This document shows, piece by piece, positions 63,848 through 64,000 of a stretch of 64,000 nucleotides of DNA. A program made the translations under genes and the position numbers. The DNA is from an uncultured Candidatus Saccharibacteria bacterium (lineage in GTDB: Bacteria > Patescibacteriota > Minisyncoccia > Phycocordibacterales > JACOZG01), in the NCBI GenBank assembly GCA_964648765.1, contig CAZYLF010000003.1:41676-105675 (forward strand), in the 5' to 3' direction. A model generated the notes under the pieces. It worked only from the letters and a program-made list of their open reading frames with translations, was not told the origin of the DNA and ran no database searches. Every line of letters begins with the position of its first letter. Position 1 is the stretch's first letter.

Positions 63848-64000
63848 TTATTTTTCAAACTTTGCTCATGATTTTGGTTTTTTGAATGAATCAACTTTTT
63901 GGCGAACGGCACTGAAAAGAGAGAGGGTACCTTGATGACGAGACAAGTGTTCAGCGGCGATGTCGGAGATGGTGGCGAGGCCGTAAAGATAGAGCGAACC

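Noticed and set aside
63848-64000. Partial ORF at window end (minus-strand fragment ending ~63866, or plus-strand start at 63936)
   Set aside because: Two frames on opposite strands are open across the final 135 bp. Neither can be preferred with confidence from 150 bp, so no feature was called.
1-64000. rRNA genes, CRISPR arrays, transposase/IS elements, integrases
   Set aside because: None found on either strand. The only mobile-element-like signal is the DUF559 cassette in mnmA.

Overview
This 64-kb window comes from a low-GC, compactly organised bacterial genome with mostly minus-strand genes. The housekeeping core is typical of a reduced genome: infA-rpmJ-rpsM-rpsK-rpsD-rpoA-rplQ-rplM-rpsI, then grpE-dnaK-dnaJ, plus hisS, a C-terminally short alaS, leuS, mnmA, ychF, mscL, an ABC exporter and tRNA-Gln/tRNA-His. 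Around this core are many small hypothetical membrane proteins and several clearly GC-richer genes. A CPR/Patescibacteria-like lineage is my inference only; it is not shown by the sequence.

The main non-core content is:
- A 4-gene operon (6476-9018, minus strand) encoding an E2-like protein, a JAB/JAMM peptidase, a ThiF-type E1 and a ThiS/MoaD-like Ubl ending in Gly-Asn. This is a Bil/Bub-like bacterial ubiquitin-like conjugation module. It lies in a compositionally mosaic 10-kb block that ends at tRNA-Gln and also holds a partial RecD/Pif1-like helicase, an HD hydrolase and a small nucleotidyltransferase.
- An in-frame insertion of a DUF559 (Vsr-like endonuclease) domain flanked by 86-bp direct repeats inside mnmA.
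- A tandem array of six paralogous small 2-TM membrane proteins plus a Clp_N-domain protein. A repeated GC-hairpin terminator followed by a TTGACW-N16-TAGTTT promoter cassette punctuates the array.
- A VWA protein with an N-terminal HExxH metallopeptidase domain (DUF2201-like) at the window edge.
- A PEP-CTERM protein next to a Tyr/Cys-rich secreted protein.
- A histidine ammonia-lyase homologue with an unusual Ser-Ser-Gly motif where the MIO cofactor (4-methylideneimidazol-5-one) forms.

No rRNA or CRISPR is present.
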